Below, in pieces: positions 1-14,400 of a DNA stretch of 64,000 bases. The position numbers and the translations under genes are program-made. A model generated the notes under the pieces. That model was given only the letters and a program-made list of their open reading frames with translations. It was not told the DNA's origin and ran no database searches. Source of the DNA: Lingula anatina (lineage: Eukaryota; Animalia; Brachiopoda); assembly GCA_051362555.1 (NCBI GenBank), contig CM120640.1, positions 43,936,788 to 44,000,787 on the forward strand, given 5' to 3'. Position 1 is the stretch's first letter. Each line of letters begins with the position of its first letter.

Positions 1-1104
1 TTCTCAGTCTGAGAAGTACGTGGGCTGTGACTGAACACCCCTCGTGTATATATATATACAAAAAATTTCCTTCGCCATTGTTCTTGCTTATACCGTGGGC
101 TATCCTTGGCATCCCCGGGACCTTCTAAGCTTCATAAGTCAGTTTGAATATAGATACACCGATCGAACCAAAAAAAAAAAAAAAAAAATCCTCCTGCAAC
201 CCACCCCGATACATCTGTGTATACTTGATGTCGATAAGCAAATTTTTCCTGGAAATATGTGTTGTTGCTATCTTACTTTCTCGTGCTTGACACCTTCATT
301 CCCGAATCCAATCAGGCCTTTTTACATTTATCGAACATTGAATTCATAATTGCCAAAATGAGATCATTTTCAAACATGTCTTATTGCTTACTGATAGTAT
401 GAATGAATGAAAACTAGTCAATCCACTGTAATAAGTTGCAGACCTTTTTTCACTTTGACCAGAAAGACTTGTTCACTAGCAACTTTTTCACGCACAATGA
501 AACTCCACTGGCTTAATGCAAAACATTAGTGCCAGTAGGTGGGAAGCAAAAATATAACTTTTATAAATAAAATTAGGTGAAACAGATTTCGTCACTGAAA
601 GAAAATCTTGCAGGTTTTAAATGCTAAATGCATGTTTTGCACACACACCCGCTTAGTACGGAATTTCTAATTGTTAACAGTAACAGGGTTTCTTTTATAG
701 GCAGCGCATGGCATGTCTAAATATATACATCTGGGACTTAATTTCCGGTAGTACAGTTAATTAAGGGGACAGCAAGTTCCAAGGACACACGTTCTCAAGA
801 ACCGAGGAGCCATGGTATCTTGGGAGCAGCCTATACCTGGACACCAGACTGTCGCCGCAGTCTAAGCTGAATGGCGTCTATGCATCTGATACTCGTCTAA
901 GACGATGATGTTAGAATATTTCATTTTTGTATGCGCTGTTAAAAATTAAAGGATCTCCGTTCTCGTAACACCGTTATGACAGATGCTTTATTTTTTCAAA
1001 GAAAGCTAATACAACAAATTTATATATTAGCCTATAACTACCGATATGGCATGTTTCTGTTAGTATGGCTATATTAATAATGCCAGCTAAGGTAGCGAAA
1101 CTTT

Positions 1105-1393
1105 GAGTGCATTCGGAACAAGTTGATCCGCAGACTAACAGGTCTGGGGACTAAATATGGCCGACCCACTTAAAAATAGTGCCGCTAATCCCCCGCTGGT
1201 CACCCCGTCTCCACACGCGCCATCGCCGCAAGGGTCTTGCAATTAAACCTCAGAGCCGAGATTTAATCCGTTGAATGGAGCATGTGGAGGCGGGGAGACC
1301 ATCAGGGGTATAGGTGTCTTGCTTTTAGGTGGGGTCGGCCATACTAAGTCGGTGGATCAGTTAGTCCGCAGTTCATCTGTTTTGAATGCGCTC
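1105..1393. mobile_element. Fold-back (palindromic) MITE-like element, PIF/Harbinger-like
   Basis: Long imperfect inverted repeat: left GAGTGCATTC...GACTAACAGGTC...AATATGGCCGACCCAC pairs with right GTGGGGTCGGCCATAC...GATCAGTTAGTC...GAATGCGCTC. Inner arms TGGTCACCCCGTCTCCACA / TGTGGAGGCGGGGAGACCA also pair. TTT flanks both sides. Shares AAATATGRCCGACCCACTT with the MITE at 27549. Confidence 0.7.
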
Positions 1394-1433
1394 TTTCACT
1401 CCCTTATCTTTGTCGCTAATCTTCTGATCTAGT

Positions 1434-2158
1434 CTGAAAAATTCAAGTTTTGAAATAGGTGATGTACTTTTGTAACAACCTAACTTGAATGTGAAGGATT
1501 CAGTTTGGAGGTTTTGCCAAAAAGATCGCCGTAAACGTTAAATTGAGAGCATTCATTTCAATCTTTTTCATTTGCCAGATGGCGCCAGGATAAGGGAAAC
1601 TGCACGTAAGCGAGGTTTCCTACCAAAGATCCTTTTAATTCATTCTTTTCATCCTAGCAATTACTTGATATTGCTTGGGAAAAGATTAATTACAAAAAAT
1701 TAATGATCAGTCTTGAATGGGAAAATAATGACTAAATTAATAACGCATTCTTTGTGCTAGAGTTTCATTGGGTTTGGGAATAAAAAAGGCTGCCATAGGA
1801 TTTTTCACTTTGTCCGAAGCAACAAATTTTCAATTTTGAATATGGCAAGACTTGTCCGGTTAAAAACTAGAAAAGAGTAAAATAAGAAGAAATGGAGTTG
1901 GTAAAATGTTCTTTTTATCAGATATGCAAAATGCGTTGTATCTCGTATATCGGATACCATAGGTACGCATAACACTTCCCTACCCCATTCATGGTCCAGG
2001 TTGTCAATTTGTAATTTTGGAGAGAGACCCCCCCCCTCTCCCGCCACCCTCACAAGCTGATATATTTGTCCCGCATCTTATGAACTTGGCTGAAAAAGTT
2101 CAAGTTTTGAAATAGGCAATGTCGTTCTGTACCAACCTAACATGGACTTGAAGGTTCA
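1434..2158 (+). repeat. Pair of ~70-bp diverged direct repeats (1434-1502 and 2090-2158)
   Basis: CTGAAAAA(G)TTCAAGTTTTGAAATAGG...CAACCTAAC...TGAAGG(A)TTCA present twice. Confidence 0.8.
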
Positions 2159-2444
2159 CTTACTGTGGCATGTAAACAGATATATTCCGAATTAAGTTTT
2201 TAAAAAAATTCTACTGATAAAAAAACAACCCAAAACAAAGATTCCTGCAGGTTTATTAAGTTTAATACAGAAGATCGAAATGAGTAGCCACTTTCCCATC
2301 CCTCAATACTCAACACGCACTAAAATAACCCACAGTTCATTTTTGAGAGTGTTTTGGCAATCAAGACGTCCTTGTATTGGATCTTATGAACAAAAATAAT
2401 CATTCCAAAATTCTTGTCAGAACTCCTACTAGTTGACTATCACT

Positions 2445-5400
2445 TTAATACAAAATAAATTGCTTAAGAACAATAGAGTGTAAAAGGTCTAGTTTTCGAA
2501 ATTCCGAAAAGGAAGATGCTGATAAGCACAAACTAGATGAAATGGCTCTGCGCAAATTGGGGAAGTGAATTATTCTCTTTCTTGGTCGTTGGTCTAGGTC
2601 TAATTGTATACGCCAAAACCATAAAAATATGCAGCAGATATCCCTTATCGATATGTGGCATGACCCTACAATAACAAAACAACACCGATATTGCAAAAAT
2701 AATGCGCGACAAATATGGAGACAACGAAACGCTCGATAATAGGAATCGCTCTTTGGGGTCTATTTTACCATGGGTTTTGATATTACTGTATTTTCTGTAT
2801 GACTGTGCTTTCTTGATTGATGAACATGCTATTTAATGTTGAAGCGTACCTTAAATAACATGTATTTATGTTTTTGAGCGAAATTCACGACTTTTTGAAT
2901 GATTCTACTCTTTATAATGGTTCTTTGTAAAATTTGGATACATCTTTCTAACCCTGACTTCGCCATACATTAAAGATCGGTTAATTCAAATAAAGGGCAC
3001 GTGGTAACCATGTGGCTTCGTAACTCGGTGCCATTTTGAAATGGATTAACGCCCATGAAAGCCGCAATGCTTTAAAATGTTTCAAATAGGGTCCTTGCAA
3101 ATCTGCCACCTATACATGGAGTACAGAACCGACAGTGTCTCCAAAAGAGTTGAATCTGCCCTACTGAGGCGAAAACATCGTCTATTTCGAACAGAAAATT
3201 GGAATGTCTTCTTTTTGATAAGCTGTACTTTGTCCTCCCCCAACTCAATTTCAGTGATGCCTTGTCTATTCCCCTCTATTACGAAACGAATGATGACATT
3301 TAAGACAAAGGCGGATTGTTTCTACATTCTCATTGTTATCATTGTTATCTATTTTCATCTGGAGGGGGGAAGGGTTGAAGTAACCTTGTTTTTGCAGGCT
3401 TTTTTTGTCATCTTTAATGTTTTCGTTCTAATGTAGGATGGAGTTGGGGAATTGCTAGAGAATTCTGCGGGGAACTTAGACTTACGTGGCAAATCAGTTT
3501 TTCGTGTCCAGACATACTTATTTCCGAGACTTTCTTCATTTGACATATTTCAGATTTATCGTTCTAAATGCCAATGGTTCGGTTACTTTGTGCGGTACTT
3601 CCGGTCCGAAGGTTGTTCTGTCCCGTCAATTTTTAGAAGTGATCAGTTTTAGAAATGTTTTATTGGGGAATAACAGTAAAGACCGTTTGGATGCCGTATT
3701 TTATTATTTACAGTAATGGGCCGAATGCTGATGTACATGCATGCGTGTGTAAACAAAACAATTTGATACTTAGATTGTTTTTAGTACTGGCCAGTGCAGT
3801 GTTGCAACCCTATTGTCAGAGCTATCTATTAGTTTAAACACCATGGACGCATTTTACTATCCAGGAAAAGTTTAGGATGTAACATTTCAACGAGTTTGTT
3901 TTGCTGATTCCCGGACATAAATGTATTACCGCCATTCCCCATTAAAATTGGTATTTCTAGAAGGATATCATTTTTTATCTTTGGAGTAGGGTTCATCTGT
4001 AGCAGCTTTGGACTGTGGGAAATCCATGAGGGCCTCATGCTATAGCTGACTGGGATTTTTAGTAGTTCAAGCACGCTATTTAGGACGTGTTAAAACTGAG
4101 AAGTCTGTTTAAGTTGAACAGACCAAAGTTCTTCAGGTATAGAATGCGGATAACTTGGGCATACATTGTCCCTGGTGAACTGAGGTTAACGAAACGAAAG
4201 TAGCAAATTCAACCAATTTTGCATCCCAAAATTTGAAACCAATTCCTTTGTTTAAAAGCATTTTCGTACATCGCATATAACATCAGTATTCTCGCAAAGT
4301 GAACACAGGCAATTATGCCCAAGTCTGCATTCACAGAGCGTTCGTTACCCGCAAGAGAAGAGCACGTTGTTAATGTTACGGATATGTGGTTTCTTTTACC
4401 AGAAGCAGTTTGTAAATTGAAGTAACTTTTCAACGTGGCCGTAATGTAGAAAATAGGCTCCTATTTTTTGTGCGTCATGTCAATATTGGCAATGTTTTTT
4501 ATTTCATGTGCTAAGGTCCTTAAACTTCAAAATACTGTATATCCATACCCGCACTAATGATTGTGTCACTTACGTCTTCAGACTGGTCGGTAATTCATTG
4601 CCAAGTCTCTTATTGGAAAAACGGAAAGTCTTTTGATAGTAAACCAGAGTTACTTAGAACTTATTCGGCGGACTAATCCATGCCATCATTCATGGCCTGA
4701 CAGTCAAATGGACCATTTTCGCCAATGTTTTCAATATCTTTATTGTGGACGTGTCTTAAACGGAATCGTTTTCTTGATAAAAGTTTACCCAGAGGTCAAT
4801 AAATGCAGAGTATCTCTAGGTCTGTATGCACCCCATTTCACATTCACGGGGCAATTATAGGAACCAGCAGCAGAAAGAATCTAGATTTCCATTCGTCATC
4901 TCATTTCACCAACGTTAAACTTGGAGGTCAATCAACTGGTGTCTGTATCAATTACTATATACATTGATAACGCAACATTGAAGATGTTCATAAACAATCT
5001 TCACAAAGCGGTTATTATTGTGTCTCTTTACAGCAATTTCATTGATTTTATTATTGCGTTTAATGGATGAACCCGTCTCAAAGGAACAGTTTCTTCCTCA
5101 GTTTATCTGTGAAAGTCAGTGATGCAGGTAAAACAGATGATGGTTTCGATGAACCTTTACCAAGATAGATAATATATCTTTAAAATATCGAGTACCGGCT
5201 TACTTAAAGAAACGCAGCGGTTAACTCTTTTTAAAGATATTAGATCAGAAGTTGTCTTGGGGCGTATTTAGAAACTGTTTCATCATGTATGCGATGCCTG
5301 TCTCATTTAAGAAATCTAGGCAGCTGTCATTGTGAGGGCTAATGTGAACACGGATACACGGCAGGTCAAATGTTCTTCCTCCAGAGAAACCTGATGCCTA

Positions 5401-7281
5401 ATTATGTCAAGCTCGCCTTCCTGTTGCTGTTATTCTTTCATTTTCCATTTCCTTCTTTTGTAATCTTTATTTTTTTCTTAGAAGCAAATTTCAACTTCAT
5501 AAAGGGGGGGGGGGGGGGGGCATCAGAATGTGTGGATGCAAGCGACCATTCTCTAAGGATATTGCTTATAACAACAGGAGATGTAATTTACAATTGATAT
5601 GTCAGTGAAATGTAGAATCGGTGGTGAAAATTAAACACGGATCTCAACGATTTGCAAATACCACGAGGTCAAGCTACTTCCAAAATTCATCAATCTTGGA
5701 TATGGTGTTCGAATGGAGAAAGAGCTGATTGAAGAGACCCATAATTTGGTACCAACTCATTAGAGGTTATTGTCACGAAGCAGGACAAACTACTACATTG
5801 TGAGCCTCAGGTTCCATGATGACGGTCGTCGTCCACAAGGACCGTAAGCAAACAAACTAGATTTCCAATTAGCGATGAGTTCACCTCCAAGAGCTAGCAA
5901 AGATGGAATAATAACTTTAAACTGAACTAGGAACTACCTAGGGTAAAGTAAAGCATCACTGAAGGGAGTTTCTGGCAGAAATTTTAAAAGGCTACCGTTC
6001 ACGCTACTGTAGAATAGGTTCTTTATCATATAGTTTATTAAATTTGTTCTCAGGTGGCAAGGTGCAAATCTCAGCAAATTTTAGCACAGTAATTTTTTGT
6101 TAACTGGAATAGTAATTGTAATCACTTCTGTGGTCAACAAGATAATAATCTACGTACATGTAGATCATTTCATCCAACGGGTTAATTACTTCAGTATTGT
6201 CAAAGCAATAATTTAGGGCATCGTGAAAAAATATTAACGAAAATGTCGTTATACACAGGGGGTCAACTGTATATCAGCCGCAGGAAGCAGCATGAAAATC
6301 CTTCGTGTTTTTTCAAGGTATATTTTATGTGCCGATTTCAAAAGACAACAGGAAATGATGACATTCAAAGTCATTCAATGTAATAAGCTTGAATGATAAA
6401 TTTCATCCATTATCACTTTAACGGAAATACATGCGCCAGGCATGCCTTTATGCATACCAGTTTGATCGAGCTCTATTGTGAAGACCTTTCAATTTTTGTC
6501 ATGCATGTACCAAATTCCAAAATTTCTCATTTACCACGTCTGGTTTAAATTCAACTTGCAATTATACAGTTTCATCAGCGAGGTAATTCAGATGATTTGG
6601 CTAACTGGCTAATTTGCAGTTCACCATAAATAAATTAAAAAAAAAACAGTTCACATCGGTTGAAAAAGAAGATAAGCTAAATCAAAACATCGTCAAATGT
6701 TGTCCAGTAAATTCATCTTCAAAGAAATATAACACTTACTCATTACCGTCTGTGCCGCCGTAGTTCTACGTTGTATCGTCGTCGCTCTGGATCTGAAATG
6801 ACGCGTTCCTGTAAGGATCTCTCTTTAAGTGCCGTCTTCATCAAATAGGCTTAAAACAATCAGCTAATCCAGCACACAGGGTGTTTTCGTTTTATCAACT
6901 TTGGTGAGAAGTCGTTGAGGGAATATATTTCATTAATTCAAGTATTGAATTCATTGATTAGTTGTTAAATTCAATGATTAACTGATAATGTGATCATTTT
7001 GATGATAACTGATCACATTATATAAACGGCGTGTTCATTTTGTTTCGGATAAAGGATCGATGAACAAAATTGTGGGGATCTCTGGAGAACGCAACACGGG
7101 AGAGTTGCCAGTACCCTTTTGCTAACCTAGGGTTACAACCAAGATGTATGACTAAAGTCTTTTCAATCTTAAGCTTTAACTTGATTTGCACAAAAGTACA
7201 TTTTTCGACCTGATGTCATTTTCTTAAACGTTTAAGCCCAAAATAGGAAACAGTTGATGGATCAACATTAATTAATCAAAC

Positions 7282-7328
<47 letters not shown>

Positions 7329-10300
7329 GGATACTTTGAAGTCCGAGGAGTGTGAGAAAGGTCAGCAACATAGCAAAAACTGACAAAACAACAGCTTACT
7401 TTCCCAACAGTTATGCTTTGGCCATTTTCGATTTCCAGATTTTTTGAAGGAAATCGATTAGTGTCATGAGAAAATTTTTTTAAGAGAGAAGGCTGACACA
7501 TAGTTCTTTGGGCAACGAGCGATTTTTGTAAGACGATCGCTGAAAAAATTAACTAGTTTTGACAGGCTTTTATCAGGCACGTTCAGTAAATGCAATTACT
7601 TCTCCAACGATTGAAGACCCATTAATCACAATGATTGGAGATGAAATACCACAGTATATGCGACATGTATCGGGGGAAAGGAAAAGATGCGTGGAAAAGT
7701 AGGGGGCTCGCTTTGACGTAGTGTCCCGGAGCACGAATGGATATGCATGCTGATGTATATCTGGCATAGCATGTAATAATATCACATGGTTGACTACCAC
7801 TGATTTGGACACCGGTGCCCTACACCAATGACTTAAATCAAATTACATGCCACATGTCGTACTTTTTCTTCTTTATTACACTTCCCGAACTTTTCCGACC
7901 TTTCACTGAAACCGAGTGAAGATAAAATAGGCATAATGCATCACCGATGGTTTTAAATGCCCCGACGCCGTTACACGTTTTAAGGAATTGTCCTAAATAG
8001 GCATCTTTATTTTTTAAAAGCTACATGATCCAACATTGCTGTAAATGTCATTTTAATCATGGATACATTTCTCAGAGGTTGCAACCAAGTATTTTTCTAA
8101 AATCGATTTAACACATGGCTATTTTTCGTTTTGACAGCGACGACCAAAGTCATTATGGACCTAAATAAGTGTCCACTGGGGCGTGATGATTTTTTCCAAT
8201 TGTTTTATTTGACAGACGTCCTAAAAGTGTCCCATAGAACAGAAACTTCATAAGGGGCAGCACCGCTGTGCATCATTCAATTTTTTCAATCAAAGTTCCC
8301 ACTGGCTTCAGGAATGAAAGCTTTTCAGTAATTAAAGTTATCACATTATTTGCATTACGGTTGGGGAAAGCGCTTCTTAAATTGATCTTGAACATCGAAT
8401 TATTCTAACCTTTCCAAAAGCCTTACGTAAATAACTCTTTGCATGCTCACGAAATTGGAAGCAGGAATCATTCCGAGTAGCTTATTTAGCTTATGTGACA
8501 GTAACAAGATATATATAAACAATCCGCGCATTTTTTTCATTAAAAAGTGATGGTTTTGACATACAAATAAGCCTTAGGGGAAACTTATTATAACACATTT
8601 ACTACTTGAGAAATCATAAACACCCAACTGTGTAGATGTGCCGGAAAAATACCAAAGGGAGCTGGATACAGAGCAAGAAGGAGACTTCTATAAAGATTGC
8701 AGCATGCGTTGTGCATATCTTGTCCCTGAAGACAGATTGGTTACTTTCGAGTTAGGATAGGAAAAGGGGAAGGTTTCGTCCACATTATTCTGTCAGACAA
8801 AAATCACCAGCTCAGTTACTTTAAATGGCCTTTCTGCATTCTCTGTTTCTCTCTCTTTTTTCTTCTCTCTTCTTGTTTTGATATTCCCCTCCTTTTTAGT
8901 TCTTTTTTTCTACTTCCCCCTCACTCCACTCTCTCTCTTTCCTCGCAAAGCATCGGGTTTTATTAGTTGTTCATTAACACAGCAGGTGGACGCCATTTTT
9001 TTAAGAGGAACAACCCAGATAATGCAAAGTTAAATCCTCTTCTTTCATGCTAGCGTGGAAATCAATTAACAAAACACTAATATGGTCTTACATGAATTCA
9101 TCACTGATATTTGACTGCAAAATTGTGCATGTTCATCTACATGGAGATTATAAAAAACCACAAAATCTTATTTAGGGTAGTTACTCAAATATTCCCCCAG
9201 TATATCGCCTAGACTACCAAGTTAGCATCATAAATTATAGACTTCAATATATCTTTGTCCGACAAATCATTTTATCATTTTAATTCAAAATGATAAATCG
9301 ATTCTGTTCACCACCAGATCACGTCATCTTCAAAAATATGAAGTTTCTCATCTTAATAATTGCTTACCTTTTTCACTTTCTGCTGGAACCGTATCGCATA
9401 TGTTCTATGTCAGCTCCTAATTGGCACAGGAGCACTTCAGGAATGGAGAAGCACTTGTGAGGTGATCTGATAATCTGGCATACTGAAAGATAGTTCATTT
9501 TAATGATCGTAACCTTCCACAGCAAGAAGGGGTTTTAACCTTCGACGCTTTCAAATACACGCGTTTAAACTGATTCCATTCTGTAGTGGTCAAATTGTTG
9601 GTGTGTCTGCCAGTATTGAATGATTGAATCAGGTGTGATAAGGAAGATAAACCCGCCAAATTCGTGTTCCACTTGGGATCTGATCAGAATCAATTTTCTG
9701 CAATTAGATCCTCTCTACATGACCCCCTTTACAATGAAACGTCAAGGTTCTGCATATTGATGAACACAAATTTACACGTACAAGATCTGTCCCCAAAATT
9801 ACAAAGTTCTCATTTCATTATTTATTCACGAACATTGGTCATTCCAAATGCATGATCTTCAACGTGTAGGACTGGTCTATTCACTGCCATGTCTTATCAT
9901 GAAATCAGTGGTATATATATATATACCTACCAACATCTGATTATTATTTGATAAAGACCATATGCGACAGAAGCAGATAACTAGACGCAATAATGAAAAT
10001 TTCATGAAAAACACAGCTTCTTCGATGCTGCTGTTATGGCATTAATTTACTCCTACATCCAGATGGAATGACTAGTAATACATATTGTAATCAACATCCC
10101 ACCATTGAAATGTATCTCTATGCCACTTACCTTATACTAAGCCTGGTGCATTTTTACTTAAATTGAAACCTGTCGCGATCGTTTTCTCTTTGAAATTAAT
10201 CTCCATCTCTTTTTTAATTCAAGTTTATCTTAGATTAAATGATGGCTCAGCATTGTTCGGCTGGAATCACATTTATCAGTATTCACTGAAACTGTAATTA

Positions 10301-10450
10301 CCAATGGGAAGGGCCTTGTGTCCCTTGTTATTTAAAATTTATGTATATCCTGGTTATACCTACTGGTAATTGCAATATTATGAATACCTTAATCAACCGC
10401 TGTGTTGATATTCTTGTCCATTGTTTACATTGCCACGCAGCAAAACATCT
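2445..10450 (-). pseudogene. Decayed scramblase-like (tubby-C fold) exon remnants, segment A; boundaries approximate
   Basis: Minus-strand translations with stops and frameshifts resemble PLSCR motifs: KFVFINMQNLDVSL*RGSC (~9717-9773), TSKFNVG...ILSAAGSYNCP (~4840-4925), YFNLQTASGK (~4395-4425), and QTVFTVIPQ...SLLKIDGT...NMSNEESLGN...KFPAEF (~3460-3690), compared with the consensus PKFTIQN..EDVLKIxGP..FEIKSLDE..VGKI..QFPxD. Minus-strand GTAAG donors at 4573 and 9367. By-eye similarity only. Confidence 0.35.
7282..7328. repeat. (TAA)n microsatellite
   Basis: Directly visible; explains the poly-Ile ORF 7268-7501. Confidence 0.95.
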
Positions 10451-10962
10451 TAAACCCAATGGCTCTTCTCATCAAAACAACACGCAAATTGCCACGACCC
10501 CGTAGAGGATGTTGGTTTAAAACACAATGTTTGCTTTTGTTTCAATAAAATGTAAATCTTTTCCCTCTGATTAAATGCCATCCCTGTAGGTTTAGATGGT
10601 TTATCTAAGGTTTTCTCGAAAATTGATGCTATATTTCTGGGAGTGCATTGGAAGATTTTGTACAGAAAATCCCTCTTTTGAGGCTCGCCTTAAAACCAAG
10701 TCATACATTATAGTGTTACCTTTTCCTTTACCTACATTACTCCTGAGGCCAACTAATATTGCACCATGTAGCGGAAAATGAAAGAGCTTCCAGATGACAC
10801 GATCACTCTTCTCCGGTTCGAAAAGATATTGGAATGGACGGAAATCGTTAATTTCTGCAATTTCAATATTTCAGATGTTATAACAAATTAAAGTTTCCGT
10901 GATGAAAAGGGACATAATCGATAGAAATTTAATCAAAGTAGAACACCAAGTGTAGAAATGTA

Positions 10963-11428
10963 ATAATGGAAAAGTTATACGTGGGGGCATTTGCTCTAAA
11001 ACAAAAACCAGTGAGGCATACTCAAAGAACAAAATTACATCAAACTTGCTTTTAACGTTAGTGAGGAGTAATTTCATCTAATGTTAGAGGTTTTTATGGA
11101 TCATCTCCTAAGCCAAGGGCGGCAATAATCCCCAAGTAAAAAGATTCACAATGATTGGAGGACTCATAACTGTGTATGTGTCGTTAGTGAAGTAAAGCGT
11201 TTCGCTTCATCATCCCGTGTAAAGCAAAGATGTGACACACAAATGTCTACAGTCATCTCCCCGTAAATGCTTATGTAAATGCTTTTAGAAATACGTTTTT
11301 GTTAGTCGTTAACAAGGCGTCTAATTATATATAATGGAAAAGTTATACGTAGGGGCATTTGCTTTAGAACAAAAACGAGTAAGGCATACTCAAAGAACGA
11401 AATTGCAGAAAACTTTCTTTTAATGTAA
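10963..11428 (+). repeat. Pair of ~98-bp direct repeats (10963-11060 and 11331-11428)
   Basis: ATAATGGAAAAGTTATACGTRGGGGCATTTGCTYTARAACAAAAACSAGTRAGGCATACTCAAAGAAC present twice, 368 bp apart. Confidence 0.9.
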
Positions 11429-14400
11429 ACATATATATATATATATAATGAAACGAAAACATGCTTATTTTGGGGAAATAAAAAGAAATATACCGAGCTG
11501 CTTTATCTACACGAGGCGGTACAACGGTGGTAGCACTATCAAGTCGCTGCATTCAAAGCATGCAGAATAATACTGATTGCGTGACACTGTATGACACGTG
11601 TGGTCCTTGGTGACAAAAGAAAGGACCCTAATAGCTATTAGTATGGAGTCTGGAGATGTTTGTCTACAGATCACTATCTGTCACATAGAACAGAGCCAAT
11701 ATATTTTATGCTAGTCAGACTTCTGTCTCAGGGACTGTCCTTTCTGCCAAAACAAATAAAGATGCAGTGCATTTGGAAATCAGTGGTATACTAAATGCAC
11801 TGTGCCGTTTGTCAACTGTCGTAGCAGAACCTATTTTTCACGTGCTTTAAGAGACAAATGTGGAGAATTCTCTGAAGATTATGGAAGATAATTGAAGTCC
11901 GTGGCCTAAAACATTACGAGGGACATTTGTGCTAAAATCAAACTGTGTGGGTAGTTTATTCCAAAATGGCTGTCAAATCCAATTTATCCACTTGATCGAG
12001 AAGTATGAGTAGTCATGCAAGTACATGTACATATGTAAACATTATGATAAAAGAGCATACGTCGGTGCTACAAGTACATGAATGCTGCGACGACGACTGT
12101 TACTTTTTTAGGGCAGAAGATTAAAAAAGGCCATTAAAGGTTAATTGACAGACAGTCTGTTAAAATTTGAGCGATTTCTATGGTAACTCCTGTTTAGATA
12201 AAACAAATCAAAGGACGTTTTCTTTTTCATAAAGGTCAAAGGTAACATCAAAGTGTTCATATTGTTATATACACAGACCTACAATGCCTACAATATATTC
12301 AAGCAGGTAATTTATACCGCCTGTGGCACCGCCTGTGGAAAAATAAAGAATTCTGATAGACTGGGAGAAAAGAAAATAATAACACTTTATAAAGCCTCCC
12401 CCATTTTTTTCAAAAACCTTTACGGCTATGGTATCCACAAGCTAGTAAAAAGTCCAATAGTTTTTTGTTTGCCATCCTTAAACACCAAATACAATAGGCT
12501 TGTATTATGTCTTTTTATGTAGTTGCAGATCAATCAAATAGTCGAAATAGGATGAAAACATTTACATGTAAAACCATTCAGTTACGATGGTGAACGGAAA
12601 CAATTAAAAGGCAACACGTGTGCCTGTAATGTCACTTATCGCTTGATACATTTTTTTATCATGAATGAGTGGAATTTTACATGACTTACTGTAGATGTCG
12701 TATGTCATATGATGATATTCAACGATTTTCAAACCGTTATCGAAACTGTCTTGCGAGGTAACGACGGGCCGCCCCCTGTTGATCAACGAATGAAGCACGC
12801 GTATTGTTGAAATACATGCAAACAACCCGACAAAAACTATAAATTATTATGATCTGTCGTTCTGGCTGACGCCACATATATTACAGAGTTTATTATGTAT
12901 TTGAAAAAAAATGTACATGTACAATGTGCTCCCAGTTGCTTTGTTTTGTAGTCGGTGGCAAAATCTGTAGGTTTACTTTTTTAAAAATTGAATATGCCAA
13001 GACGTTGGAAATATAACTATACTTGGTTTAGAGAATTTGGGGAAGGTGTTGCAAAATATGCTGGTATGATAAAGATTAAGTAAATTGCCAGAAAGAGGTT
13101 TTGGCCAAGTAACCGAAAACACAAAGCGCTTTCTAAAGGTTGGCTGATTGCGTGTTTTCTTACATTTACTTTACTTTCTGACTAATATAAAGCAATTTGT
13201 AACATGATTAGAAGAGCATAAATGATGTGTCTACTGTATAGGCAAGGTTCAGTTTAAAGTTACAATTTAAATTAACTGTGCATCATTATTAGTTGTGGAT
13301 TCCCCCCAGTGACCAGTATTCTAATTCCAGCTAACAAACTGGCCGAGTCAGTACCTCGAAGGGTAGACGGTTATCCGGTTTCGTGGCAGTTACAAGAGAT
13401 CCTTCCTCGGTGCTGGCATTCTTCATGGAATCTATTACTTTGGGGTGTCCCTGGTGATATGCATCAATCACCGCTTCCTTGGACCGGGTATTTGCTTTTT
13501 TTAACGAATTGGCAATAATTTACCAAATGCAGAATTGACTACCATAAAAACAGACACAGTGTCATTTGAAGTTGAATTTAACTATAATAGAACACTAATG
13601 ACTTGGTTGCATGGAGCATTTTGTCTTAGCATGACCTTACTGAAATCACATATGTAATATTCTGGTGAAACATTCCATCCTCTTTCAGCAAGAGTGTACT
13701 TACAATGTATTATTCAACCTAGCTAAAGCGTGAGATAATGACTGAACTGCCTTTTTATCGTATGCTGATTATGCCACTTGTGTTCTCATTTCAGGGGCAA
13801 CTCAATACGCTTCGAAGAAGGAAAAGATAAGGCAAATTTCCCTGGTTGATTAATTTTATGCATTAACAAGCAATAGTCAACCGTCACTAAGTAACTGAAA
13901 TAATGAAATAAACTAATATTTCAGGCCATTATTTGACACATTTTGGCTGCAGTCCTAGACCAGAATGCGCGAATATAAGAAAATGCCAGGTTTCGAATCG
14001 AGATATAGAATCGACCCGAGTTGATATTTAAACGGCAAGGTCCCTGTACGTGTCCTGCCTAATCTCAGGCTTCTGAAATGTGTAAATTACCATAGAATTC
14101 ATTCAAAATAAGCATCCTTTATCTCAGGATATGATGGCCAAATTTACAAGGATTTTAGCTGTGATTGCGGAATGTGATTCTTTCAGTGATGCTCAATGCT
14201 ATCTCAATCTTTTCTATTTATTCAAAACGCTACGTCTGTACAAATGGGGTGAAATCCATTGCCACCTATCGCTATTATGAGCTCCTTTGATTAATCTCGA
14301 AATTCGGTGAATTTTACAACAAATCCCAAAATAATGTAAAGACGTAATTTAAGTCGGGTTTATTTATATAAATTTGGCTTATATAAACACATTCCTGTAA

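Noticed and set aside
4290-4433. TCSSLAG...CVH as a SWIM zinc finger of a MULE-type transposon
   Set aside because: The second Cys is missing, there is no other transposase motif or TIR, and the flanking peptides fit the scramblase-like series better.
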